From an uncultured archaeon (GTDB lineage Archaea; Iainarchaeota; Iainarchaeia; Iainarchaeales; JAAZKV01): a stretch of 64,000 nt of DNA. The first letter of the stretch is position 1. Each line of letters begins with the position of its first letter. Below the pieces are notes generated by a model. It ran no database searches. It was not told the origin of the DNA and saw only the letters and a program-made list of their open reading frames with translations. Where the stretch lies: contig CAZUCF010000003.1 of assembly GCA_964619405.1 (NCBI GenBank), positions 25,192 through 89,191 on the forward strand, written 5' to 3'. Made by a program: the position numbers and the translations under genes. This document shows positions 20,891 to 29,694 of this stretch, piece after piece.

Positions 20891-22576
20891 TTAAAAAAGC
20901 ACTCCTTTGTTTTGAATACAATTCCCAAACATGTCAATTGGGTTTGCTCCTGCCCCAAACATTGGAAGAATGTTTGATTCTTCTTCAATTAAACAATCAA
21001 GGATTGTTGTTTCATCATTATTTATTGCATTAATAATTCCTTGTTTTATTTCACTTGGTTTTTCAATTGTTATTCCATTAAGCATGTAAGCTTCAGCAAG
21101 CTTAGCAAAATCAGGGCTTTTTTGTAAATGAGTGTGAGAATACCTTTTATCTAAAAACAATTCTTGCCATTGTCTAACCATCCCAAGATAAGAATTATTA
21201 AAAATTATTTGAGTAGTGTTAATGTTTTCAATTTTGCAAGTTGCTAGTTCTTGTGAAACCATTGCAAAGCTACCATCCCCATCAATGTTAATTACTTTTT
21301 CTTGCGGAGCAGCGATTTTTGCTCCAATTGATGCTGGAAAACCATAACCCATTGTTCCACTACCCCCAGACGTAATGAAAGTATTTGGGAGACTTCTTTT
21401 TAGGAAGTGCATTGCAAACATTTGGTGTTGGCCTGTCCCAGTAGTAACAATATCTTTTTTTTCAAGAACCATGTTTAATTCGTGAATAATTTTTCTTGGA
21501 TCAATTTTGTTTGAATTAATATCAATGTTGCAATTACATTCTTTGATAAAATTTTTTATTTTTTCTTGCCAAACATTATTTTTTTTAGAACTAAAGTTGA
21601 TTATTTTTATTAATTCTTTAAGAATTATTTTTGCATCACCCATAAGAGCAATCTCGTTTTTAACATTTTTATTAATTTCTTTTTTATCAATTTCTATTTG
21701 AATTATCTTTGCTTTTTGCGCAAAAAATTTTGTGTTTCCTGTTACCCTATCACTAAACCTACAACCAATAGAAATTATTACATCAGCATTAGCAATTGCA
21801 TAATTAGCAATTTTTTTTCCATGCATTCCAATTACTCCTAAAGCTAAAGGGTTTTTCTCATCAAAACAACCTTTTCCCATTAATGTTGTTGCAACAGGAA
21901 TATTTAAGCCAGAAGAGAGTTGATTTAATTCATTAATAGCCATTGAAGAAATTGTTCCACCACCAGCAATTATTACTGGACGCTCTGCTTCCAAAATTTC
22001 TTTTGAAGCTTTTTTTATATTATCAAAATCAATAATTGTTTTATCAAAAATTGTTCTTGAATTTTTTTGTTTGTCCGCGTTTTGCATTTGAATATCTTTT
22101 GGAATGTCAATTAGAACTGGACCTCTTTGTCCAATCATCGATGTTTGAAAAGCATTATTTATTATTGATTCTATTTGTTCAGCAGAATTAATTCTAAAAC
22201 TTTTTTTTGTAATTGGCTTTGCAATATCAACAATATTTGTTTCTTGGAATGTTCTTTTACCAGTTAGAGTTGTCGGAACGTTTCCTGTTAAAGCAATTAA
22301 CGGAACAAAATCCATGTAAGCAGTCATTATACCAGTAATTAGATTTGTAGAACCGGGGCCAGAAGTAGCCATGCAAACACCTGGTTTTTGTTTTATTCTT
22401 GCATAAGCATCAGCAGCATGAGCAGCTGCTTGTTCGTGCCTAACCAAAATATGTCTTATTTCTTCTTGGTTAAGTAATTCATCATAAATTGGAATGGTGC
22501 TTGCCCCAGGAATCCCAAATATTATTTCAGTTTTATTATCAATTAATATTTGAATTATTTTTTTCGCACCATGCAT
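20891..22576 (-). CDS. ilvB: acetolactate synthase large subunit-like ThDP enzyme
   Basis: ThDP-binding motif IDGDGSFAMV...IFNNSYLGMVRQWQ. N-terminal pyrimidine-binding domain with the conserved Glu (HEQAAAHAADAYAR). Confidence 0.8.
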   Translation of the reverse strand: MHGAKKIIQILIDNKTEIIFGIPGASTIPIYDELLNQEEIRHILVRHEQAAAHAADAYARIKQKPGVCMATSGPGSTNLITGIMTAYMDFVPLIALTGNVPTTLTGKRTFQETNIVDIAKPITKKSFRINSAEQIESIINNAFQTSMIGQRGPVLIDIPKDIQMQNADKQKNSRTIFDKTIIDFDNIKKASKEILEAERPVIIAGGGTISSMAINELNQLSSGLNIPVATTLMGKGCFDEKNPLALGVIGMHGKKIANYAIANADVIISIGCRFSDRVTGNTKFFAQKAKIIQIEIDKKEINKNVKNEIALMGDAKIILKELIKIINFSSKKNNVWQEKIKNFIKECNCNIDINSNKIDPRKIIHELNMVLEKKDIVTTGTGQHQMFAMHFLKRSLPNTFITSGGSGTMGYGFPASIGAKIAAPQEKVINIDGDGSFAMVSQELATCKIENINTTQIIFNNSYLGMVRQWQELFLDKRYSHTHLQKSPDFAKLAEAYMLNGITIEKPSEIKQGIINAINNDETTILDCLIEEESNILPMFGAGANPIDMFGNCIQNKGVLF

Positions 22577-22804
22577 AGTTTACACATCCATAAAATTTTC
22601 ACGCACACAAAAAAAGATTTTTATATGTGCTTTAAGCTAAGACCAAGACAACCAGAAGTAGATTTAGTATTGTCTCAAAATTAATCATAGTTATATTGCT
22701 TTTTTTGTATTTAAAAACAATAACAAAAATTAGGTGTAACAAAAAATACATCTTGTTTTTAATAACAAATTAACTAAAAGAAAAATTAAATAAAATACTT
22801 TAAA

Positions 22805-23006
22805 CAAAAAAAATCAATTAACAAAAATAATTAACAAAAAAAATCAATTAACAAAAATAATTAACAAAAAAAATCAATTAAAAAAAAGAATTTGTTAAAA
22901 TAAAAAAAATAATTAATAAAAAATTAATTCATAAAAAAATAAAATTAACAAAAAAAATCAATTAAAAAAAAGAATTTGTTAAAATAAAAAAAATAATTAA
23001 TAAAAA
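22805..23006. repeat. nested AT-rich tandem/direct repeats
   Basis: 30-bp unit acaaaaaaaatcaattaacaaaaataatta at 22805 and 22835, with a partial third copy. A roughly 59-bp unit (aacaaaaaaaatcaattaaaaaaaagaatttgttaaaataaaaaaaataattaataaaaaa) occurs at about 22864 and 22947. Confidence 0.75.
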
Positions 23007-23021
23007 AATTGTTGAAAAAGA

Positions 23022-23174
23022 TTATTCTTCTTCAGCAAAGGCTTTTATTTCATCAAAGTTTTCTACTATTAGCCTTGCTTTTCCTTTTCCAAATTGAAAA
23101 GGATATTTATCATCTTCAGCTCTCATTAATTTTATTAATTTGTTTCCTTTGAACTCACCATATTCTACAACCAT
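23022..23174 (-). CDS. small PC4/YdbC-like (p15 coactivator fold) protein, 50 aa
   Basis: Hand-translated ORF absent from the track: MVVEYGEFKGNKLIKLMRAEDDKYPFQFGKGKARLIVENFDEIKAFAEEE. The pattern F.G...i.l...(6-8)..F.FG..KA..i.....I..F resembles the prokaryotic PC4-like family. Confidence 0.4.
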   Translation of the reverse strand: MVVEYGEFKGNKLIKLMRAEDDKYPFQFGKGKARLIVENFDEIKAFAEEE

Positions 23175-23304
23175 TAAAACACCTCTTTAAAATAATGGGT
23201 TAAACAAACCTTAAAAAAGTAATCTTCTCAAATGCATTTCTTGTAAAAACGATTAATAAAACAACTAATTTATTAAATTCAAATACTTTATTCTTTTGAT
23301 AATT

Positions 23305-24333
23305 ATGAATGCGTTTAACAACAAAAAGTATTTGGAAAAAGAATTTGTTGAAATAAAAAAAAGAATCCAAAAATTTGATAAAACATATATTGAGATTGGT
23401 GGACACTTGTTAACTGATAATCATGCTAAAAGAGTTTTGCCAGGATATAATCCAAAAAACAAATTAAAATTAATAAAAAAATTGCCCAACAAGGGTTTTG
23501 TTTATTGTGTTAATGCTAATACTCTTGACAAGGGAAAAACTTGGGGTAACACTACAAAAACAATTGAAGAAATTTCTTTAAAAGAAATTGAATTATTAAA
23601 AAAAGAAGGTTTAGAATTGTTATGTGTAGTACTTAGCTTGTACTCACACGCAAAAAAGTCATCAACCTTCAAAAAAAAATTAGAGAAAAAAGGTTATCTT
23701 GTTTTAACAACAAAAAAAATAAAGAATTACCCAAATAACTTAAAAGAAATAATGGGCAAAAATGGTTTTGAAAAACAACCCTTTCTTGAAACTAAAAAAA
23801 ATAATATTATTGTTACTGGTATTGGAGCAAATAGTGGTAAATTGTTTTTTTGCCTTTCACAAGTATTCCATCAAACAAAAAAAGGCGTTAATGCGGGTTA
23901 TTTTAAAATAGAGACTTTTCCAGTTTGGAATCTCTCATTAGACCATGAGTTAAATTTGGCTTACGAAGCAGCAACAGCAGACATACAAGACAAACTAACA
24001 ATTGATAAATTTCACAAAAAAAAATATGGAATTTTAGCTGTTAATTATAACAGAGATATTGAGGCTTTTAGTGTTCTAAAAAAATTAATTAACAAAATTA
24101 CTAGAAAAGAAAACAAGATGAGAAAATATTTTTCTCCCACAGACATGGGAATAAATTTTGTTAAAAACGGGATTATTGATGATGAAAAAGTTAGAGAATC
24201 TTCAAGAAAAGAAATTTTGTGGAGAAAAAAAAATTTTGAGAAAAAATTTAAAGAAAAACAAGTTAATAAAAAAACTTTGGAAAGAATGAATGAAATTATT
24301 AAAAAAATAAATAAAAAAAAATTAAATTCTTAG
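23305..24333 (+). CDS. DUF1846 (UPF0371)-family protein, short form
   Basis: N-terminus FNNKKYLEKE...IEIGGHLLTDNHAKRVLPGYNPKNK matches the characteristic DUF1846 start. ATG at 23305. Confidence 0.55.
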   Translation: MNAFNNKKYLEKEFVEIKKRIQKFDKTYIEIGGHLLTDNHAKRVLPGYNPKNKLKLIKKLPNKGFVYCVNANTLDKGKTWGNTTKTIEEISLKEIELLKKEGLELLCVVLSLYSHAKKSSTFKKKLEKKGYLVLTTKKIKNYPNNLKEIMGKNGFEKQPFLETKKNNIIVTGIGANSGKLFFCLSQVFHQTKKGVNAGYFKIETFPVWNLSLDHELNLAYEAATADIQDKLTIDKFHKKKYGILAVNYNRDIEAFSVLKKLINKITRKENKMRKYFSPTDMGINFVKNGIIDDEKVRESSRKEILWRKKNFEKKFKEKQVNKKTLERMNEIIKKINKKKLNS

Positions 24334-24370
24334 TACATACTAATAATAATTGAAAGAATTTAATATTATT

Positions 24371-24973
24371 ATGAATATTAAAAAAATCACTGCAATAGTT
24401 CACCCATTATTTCATGAAAAACAATCTTTTGTTGAAAATAACAATAAAATACAAGAAAAAATTGCTAAACACCAATTTGGAACAATGGGACAACTAGTAA
24501 ATAATTCTCAAAATTCAGAATTAGTTGTTTTTGTTAAAACAAATTTTATTAAAGGAACAAGCTTATACAAACAACAAGAAAGATTTGTTAGATGGGCACA
24601 AAAAAAAATTGGAAATAGGTTTATTAGCACAGCATATGATTTTGGAAGCCCTTTAAAAACAAGGAGTAATTCTTTTTACTTGACACAAGCACAATTATTT
24701 AAATTTTCTTTTGCTTCACGAGTAAAAATTAATCTTACTGGTGAATTAAAGGATTCTGGGCAATGCATTAACCAGACTTTTAAAAATTTGGAAGAGATTT
24801 TAAAGAGAAAAGGAATCAAAAAAATACAAAAAAATGTTTTACCGAGTGCAAAAAGTTTTAGACAAGCTAGCGCAATTTCTATTGGTTTAATGAAAAAAAG
24901 GTTAAGAGAGTTTTCACAATGGAGAAGAAAACAAACACCAAAAAAAAAATCAAAAAAATTATTAAATAAATAA
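24371..24973 (+). CDS. hypothetical protein
   Basis: ORF with a basic C-terminus. No motif recognised. Confidence 0.35.
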   Translation: MNIKKITAIVHPLFHEKQSFVENNNKIQEKIAKHQFGTMGQLVNNSQNSELVVFVKTNFIKGTSLYKQQERFVRWAQKKIGNRFISTAYDFGSPLKTRSNSFYLTQAQLFKFSFASRVKINLTGELKDSGQCINQTFKNLEEILKRKGIKKIQKNVLPSAKSFRQASAISIGLMKKRLREFSQWRRKQTPKKKSKKLLNK

Positions 24974-25157
24974 AAAAAAACTTAATTGAACTTATTTAAA
25001 ATAAAAAAAATAATTAAAAATTTAATATGAAAAATAAGATTAAATAAAAACTTAGATTAGTACTCAATTATTCAAGTAGCCAATTAAAAAAATATTTTTC
25101 ACTATTTGAAATATACTAAACACTTAGCTTTTAAGCACATATAACATTTTATTTATT

Positions 25158-26636
25158 ATGAAAGAAGAATGTGGTGTTTGTGCTTTTGTTGGAGAAAACG
25201 CTGAGAAAAACATTTATTTGATGCTTGTTCAATTACAACATAGGGGCCAATTATCCGCAGGAATGACTACTTTTCACCCTAATGAAAAACACTTGTTGAA
25301 AACGCATAAAGGACTTGGTTTAGTAAATAGTTCTTTCAAAGCATTTGATGAAAACAAATTTAACCAATTATTAGAAAAACATAAATCAAAAAGAGGTATT
25401 GGTCATGTTAGGTACTCTACTATTGGTCAAGACGAATTAGAATTTGCTCAACCTTTTGAGAGAGAGCATGGTAAGAAAAAAAGGTGGTTTGCATTTGCTT
25501 TTAATGGAAACATAGCAAATTACTCGGAATTAAAAAAAGATTTAGAGGAAAGCGGGTATCACTTAATACGAGAAACAGACACTGAAATTATTCAACATTT
25601 GATTTCAAAATACTCTAAAGAAGAACCAAATAATCTTAGAAATGTTTTTCAAAGAATAGCAGAAAAAATTGATGGTTCTTATTCAATTGTTTTTATTAAT
25701 GCTGAAGGAACGATTGTTGCTTTGCGTGACCCGCTCGGAATAAAACCATTGTGTTATGCCAAAAAAAATAATGAGGTTGGTATTGCTAGTGAGAGTGTTG
25801 CTCTTGCAAATGTTGGTTTTCATGAGATAAAAGAAATTTTGCCCGGAGAAATTATAATAATTGATAAAAAATTAATTAAACAAAATTATTTCAAATCAGA
25901 AAAAAAAGCTTATTGCATGTTTGAATGGGTTTATTTCGCTCACCCAGCATCCGAAATAGAAAACAAACTCGTTTACAATGTCAGATATAATTTGGGTAAA
26001 GAACTAGCAAAATTAGAAACACAAAAGATTGATAAGAATTGTGTTGTTGTGCCTGTCCCTGATTCAAGTAAACCAGCAGGAGATGGTTTTGCAGAGCATT
26101 TAAATTTGCCTTCAAAAGAAGGTTTGATTAGGAACCGTTATTTGGGTAGAACATTTATTGAAACAAAGGATAGAGCAGATAAAGTAAGACAAAAATTTAG
26201 TATTGCAAAAGAAGTTTTTGAAAACAAAAAAGTTTTTTTAGTTGACGATAGTATTGTAAGAGGCAACACAATGAAAAATCTTATTAATTATATAAAAGAA
26301 TTTGGGAAACCAAAAGAAATTCATGTTAGAATTTCTTGTCCAGAAGTAATGTTCCCTTGTTTTTATGGAGTAGACATGGGTTCAAAAAAAGAGTTTATCG
26401 CAAATGATAAATTAGGAAGACAAAAAAGAATTGAAGAAGTGAGAAAAGAAATTGGAGTAGACTCTTTAATTTACCAACCAATAGAAAACCTCGTTAAAGT
26501 TATTGGTTTAAAAGAAAAAGATTTGTGTTTAGCATGCTTAAATGGTAATTATCCAACAAAAAAAGGTTTAGAATTAATGAAAAAAGACGATTTTAATGTG
26601 AATTACCACACCCTAAAGGGTGTGGCTTCTTTATGA
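25158..26636 (+). CDS. purF: amidophosphoribosyltransferase
   Basis: N-terminal nucleophile Cys (MKEECGVCAF), PRTase loop VFLVDDSIVRGNT. The last 10 codons run into an IS-end hairpin. Confidence 0.9.
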   Translation: MKEECGVCAFVGENAEKNIYLMLVQLQHRGQLSAGMTTFHPNEKHLLKTHKGLGLVNSSFKAFDENKFNQLLEKHKSKRGIGHVRYSTIGQDELEFAQPFEREHGKKKRWFAFAFNGNIANYSELKKDLEESGYHLIRETDTEIIQHLISKYSKEEPNNLRNVFQRIAEKIDGSYSIVFINAEGTIVALRDPLGIKPLCYAKKNNEVGIASESVALANVGFHEIKEILPGEIIIIDKKLIKQNYFKSEKKAYCMFEWVYFAHPASEIENKLVYNVRYNLGKELAKLETQKIDKNCVVVPVPDSSKPAGDGFAEHLNLPSKEGLIRNRYLGRTFIETKDRADKVRQKFSIAKEVFENKKVFLVDDSIVRGNTMKNLINYIKEFGKPKEIHVRISCPEVMFPCFYGVDMGSKKEFIANDKLGRQKRIEEVRKEIGVDSLIYQPIENLVKVIGLKEKDLCLACLNGNYPTKKGLELMKKDDFNVNYHTLKGVASL

Positions 26637-27190
26637 TGCGCGTTTAGTACGCGCTTAGGTTTGTTTGATGGATATCTTCTTGGTTTTTAACGTATTGTTT
26701 GGTTGTTTCTAAATCTACTGAACCAATACTTCGATAAAATTTTCCTCTGCTCCACATGTGTCCTTTTGTGTATCTATTTCTTAGATTTGGATGTTTTTTG
26801 AAATACTCGTATGATGATCTTCCTTTCAACAAATTTGTTGCTTTTGCTAAACTGATTTCTGGATTTACATGCACTACCATATGCACGTGATCTGGCATAA
26901 CTGCTAACTCCTCTATTCGCATTTTATGTTCTTTTGCAATTTGTTGCAAAATATTTTCCATATCTTCTTTACTACCCTCTTTTCTAAAAACGTTAAATCT
27001 ATATTTAGGACACCACTCTATATGATATACACATTGATAGATTGCGTGGGCTCCGCTCACTAAATCATTCATGTTTGAAAAACTCCTGTGCAGTTCCAAA
27101 GTGGCGCGGCAGCGCCACGCTGCGCAAAAAAGATACTACTTAGAAATAGATAATTAGCTCGCTTTCATCCGCACCTTAAAAGGTGCAGTT
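26606..27190 (-). mobile_element. IS200/IS605-family element carrying tnpA only (boundaries approximate)
   Basis: A Y1 HUH transposase gene is flanked by GC-rich subterminal hairpins in an AT-rich context: ccacaccc-taaa-gggtgtgg (26606..26625), gcgcg-tttagta-cgcgc (26638..26654), gtggcgc-ggca-gcgccac (27101..27118) and gcacc-ttaaaa-ggtgc (27171..27186). Confidence 0.7.
26644..27072 (-). CDS. tnpA: IS200/IS605-family Y1 transposase TnpA
   Basis: YHIEWCPKYR, HUH motif PDHVHMVVHV, C-terminal catalytic Tyr region (TKQYVKNQ). ATG at 27072 (TTG at 27099 is an alternative). Confidence 0.85.
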   Translation of the reverse strand: MNDLVSGAHAIYQCVYHIEWCPKYRFNVFRKEGSKEDMENILQQIAKEHKMRIEELAVMPDHVHMVVHVNPEISLAKATNLLKGRSSYEYFKKHPNLRNRYTKGHMWSRGKFYRSIGSVDLETTKQYVKNQEDIHQTNLSAY

Positions 27191-27257
27191 TTCTCGCTCG
27201 ACTAGATAATTAAAAATATTTGATAGAATTTTAAATTCTTCACACACAAAATACTTA

Positions 27258-28022
27258 ATGGAAAAAATTGCTATTGTTAGTTCCTTACAAGACGAAGCTG
27301 GAAAAAACATTGCTGAACAATTAAAAAAAATAGGAATACCAAAATGGGCTAATTATTATGATTTTGAAGAAGATTCTATTTTTCTACCATTAGAAAGAGT
27401 TAGGGAAGAAAATATTATTGTTCTTTCAAAACACCAAAGTGTCGCTGGGAAAAAAAGTTTAACAACCCACTCAATAGGAAATTTTTCTAAAGCAGAATTT
27501 GGTGGAAAAGAAAGAACTCTTTGTGGAGCACTAGCAAAAACAAATACAAATTTTTTAAGAGAATTAAATACAAAAAATAAATTCGTTAATGAAGAATTCT
27601 TGGTTTGTTATGAGGCAACACACCACGGGCCCTTTACAAACAAAAATGTTTCTTTTATTGAACTTGGTAGTTCCTTAACAGAGTGGAATAATGAAGAATA
27701 CGCAAAAATTATTGCTGAAACCGTTGTTAATGTTACTTTAAAAAAAAACAATGATAAAATAGTTATTGGTTTAGGTGGAGGACATTATGCACCAGACTTT
27801 AGCAAACTTGCTTTGAGAAAAAATTATTCTTTTGGACATATTTGCCCACAATACGCACTTGATTTTTTGGATGAAGATTTATTAGAACAAATGATTTCTA
27901 AAAGCAAGGCCGAGCAAATAGTTCTTGATTGGAAAGGATTAAAACAAAACAAGGAGAAAGTTGTTTCTTTGTGTGAAAAATCTGGTTTAGGGTTTGAGAG
28001 AGTTCAAAGATTATTGAAATGA
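27258..28022 (+). CDS. dtdA: archaeal D-aminoacyl-tRNA deacylase (DTD2)
   Basis: Roughly 250-aa archaeal DtdA architecture with the YEATHHGP motif and GLGGGHYAP. Confidence 0.8.
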   Translation: MEKIAIVSSLQDEAGKNIAEQLKKIGIPKWANYYDFEEDSIFLPLERVREENIIVLSKHQSVAGKKSLTTHSIGNFSKAEFGGKERTLCGALAKTNTNFLRELNTKNKFVNEEFLVCYEATHHGPFTNKNVSFIELGSSLTEWNNEEYAKIIAETVVNVTLKKNNDKIVIGLGGGHYAPDFSKLALRKNYSFGHICPQYALDFLDEDLLEQMISKSKAEQIVLDWKGLKQNKEKVVSLCEKSGLGFERVQRLLK

Positions 28023-28179
28023 AAAATATTAATTAATAATTCTAACTTATCTTTTTTCTTTTCTTATTTTCTAACTCAATCAAATAATTTTGATTTAAGA
28101 TCAGTCCAATACATTTTAGGAATTGTTACCCCAGTAAGAACGGTCCCTGTTTAAAAAAATAAAATTTATTAGAAAAAAA

Positions 28180-29421
28180 CTATTCTAAAAGCCACTTCCA
28201 AACTGGCTTAACAACAATCTTTACACCATCAACAACAAACTCTCTTTCTTGATCATAAGTCAAAAGCAACCCCCTCTTCAACTTATAACTCTTACAAGCC
28301 TCAACCAAACCACTAACTTCTCTTTTTTCATTCTCTTCATTCAAAGAATAACAAACCTGAATCGCCCTAACAATTTTCAAACCCTTTTTTATTACAAAAT
28401 CACACTCTTTCTTTTCTCTATGATAAAACACTTCATTATCCCTTGACTTCAAATCAATTAAAACAAGATTTTCTAATGTTGAACCATTATTTTCAGAAAA
28501 TTTAAATCCAACTTCTTTTAAAAAACCAATATCTGAAGAATAAAATTTTCTAGAATTCAAAATTTGTTTCTTATACGAATAATTAAATTTCCTCACTTCA
28601 ATAAAAAGAAAAGAATTCAAAAAATACCCCAAATATTTCTTAACAAGACTTTTAGAAGAAATTCCTGCCACTTCACCCATTTTTGAATAGGAAATATCTC
28701 TTCCAACCGCATTAATTAAATAAGTTGCAAGAATTTTAAGTTCCTCAACATTTTGTAAACTATACCTTGAAACAATATCCCTATAAAAAATATCAGAATA
28801 ATACTGTTTAATTAAAAAAGAATCATTTTCTTGTACTACAAGTGGAAAACCACCTAACAAAAAATAAGATTTAAAAGCACGTTTTATAGATGCTAATTTA
28901 CTTGTTGAACTAAAATCACTTGGAATATTTCTAAACCTAAGAAATTCCTTAAAAGAAAAAGGACTTAAATAAACCACAATATTTCTACCAGTTAATGCTG
29001 TTGCTATTTCTGAACTTAATAATTTAGCATTTGAACCGGTAACAAATATTTTAATGCCTTGTTCATACATTCTATTCAAAAATTTTTCCCAACCAGGAAT
29101 CACTTGAATTTCATCAAAATAAAAAACAAAATCCTTAGGATTTGATTCTAAAAAAAGCTCAAAAAGTGAATTAAAATCATCTGAGGAAAAATTAACAACC
29201 CGCTCATCATCAAAATTAAAATACAAAAAATCTTTTTTTAACTCTTTATTAATTAACTGTAATAAAGTAGATTTGCCACACCGCCTAATACCAGAAATAA
29301 TAACAATTTGTCTAGTCTTTAATAATTTAGATAAATCTAAATCTCTTTTAATTAATGGTTTATTTTTTAAGAAAAATTCTTTTTGATCAGCCATTATTAG
29401 TTTTAATTTTTCTTTATCCAC
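28180..29421 (-). CDS. AAA-family ATPase with C-terminal DUF4143-like domain
   Basis: Walker A GIRRCGKST, Walker B-like FYFDEIQ, about 410 aa. This is the AAA_14/DUF4143 architecture common in archaea. Confidence 0.75.
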   Translation of the reverse strand: MDKEKLKLIMADQKEFFLKNKPLIKRDLDLSKLLKTRQIVIISGIRRCGKSTLLQLINKELKKDFLYFNFDDERVVNFSSDDFNSLFELFLESNPKDFVFYFDEIQVIPGWEKFLNRMYEQGIKIFVTGSNAKLLSSEIATALTGRNIVVYLSPFSFKEFLRFRNIPSDFSSTSKLASIKRAFKSYFLLGGFPLVVQENDSFLIKQYYSDIFYRDIVSRYSLQNVEELKILATYLINAVGRDISYSKMGEVAGISSKSLVKKYLGYFLNSFLFIEVRKFNYSYKKQILNSRKFYSSDIGFLKEVGFKFSENNGSTLENLVLIDLKSRDNEVFYHREKKECDFVIKKGLKIVRAIQVCYSLNEENEKREVSGLVEACKSYKLKRGLLLTYDQEREFVVDGVKIVVKPVWKWLLE

Positions 29422-29694
29422 ACAAATAGTAAAGAACGATTGATATATAAATCTTTCTTTCTAAAAGAACGCTTTTAATACTATTAAATCATGAAAAAAT
29501 ACAAACCACCATTCTTCACTGTGCCAAACATTTAATGTTTTTTTATATTCAAAAACTGAAAGTTTTTGATTTTTAAAATCACCAGATTTTAATCCTTCAA
29601 AAACTAACAAGGCATCATTAGAATCTATAAAAACACCTTATCTTAAATAGTATAAAAACACTCCACGAGTGCCATACCAGTAAAACAATTAAAA

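Noticed and set aside
22805-23006. Possible CRISPR array. The same question applies to the 36-bp repeats at 60111..60205.
   Set aside because: In both cases the repeats are directly adjacent or nested, with no unique spacers of regular length. No cas genes are present, and the second set lies in-frame inside a CDS.
27100-27200. GC-rich patches considered as tRNA or other small RNA genes. Others are at 45571..45646 and 60560..60585.
   Set aside because: I could not fold a cloverleaf or find a T-loop-like GTTCRANYC box. The first is better explained as IS200 end hairpins. The second is reported as an insert of unknown nature. A tRNAscan-SE/Infernal run is still needed to exclude RNA genes.
29470-29650. 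Minus-strand open frame without an ATG (GVFIDSNDALLVFEGLKSGDFKNQKLSVFEYKKTLNVWHSEEWWFVFFHDLI...) between the AAA ATPase and the DGR RT.
   Set aside because: It has no start codon and no recognisable motif, and it is short. It may be a gene remnant inside the accessory island, but the sequence alone cannot support that.
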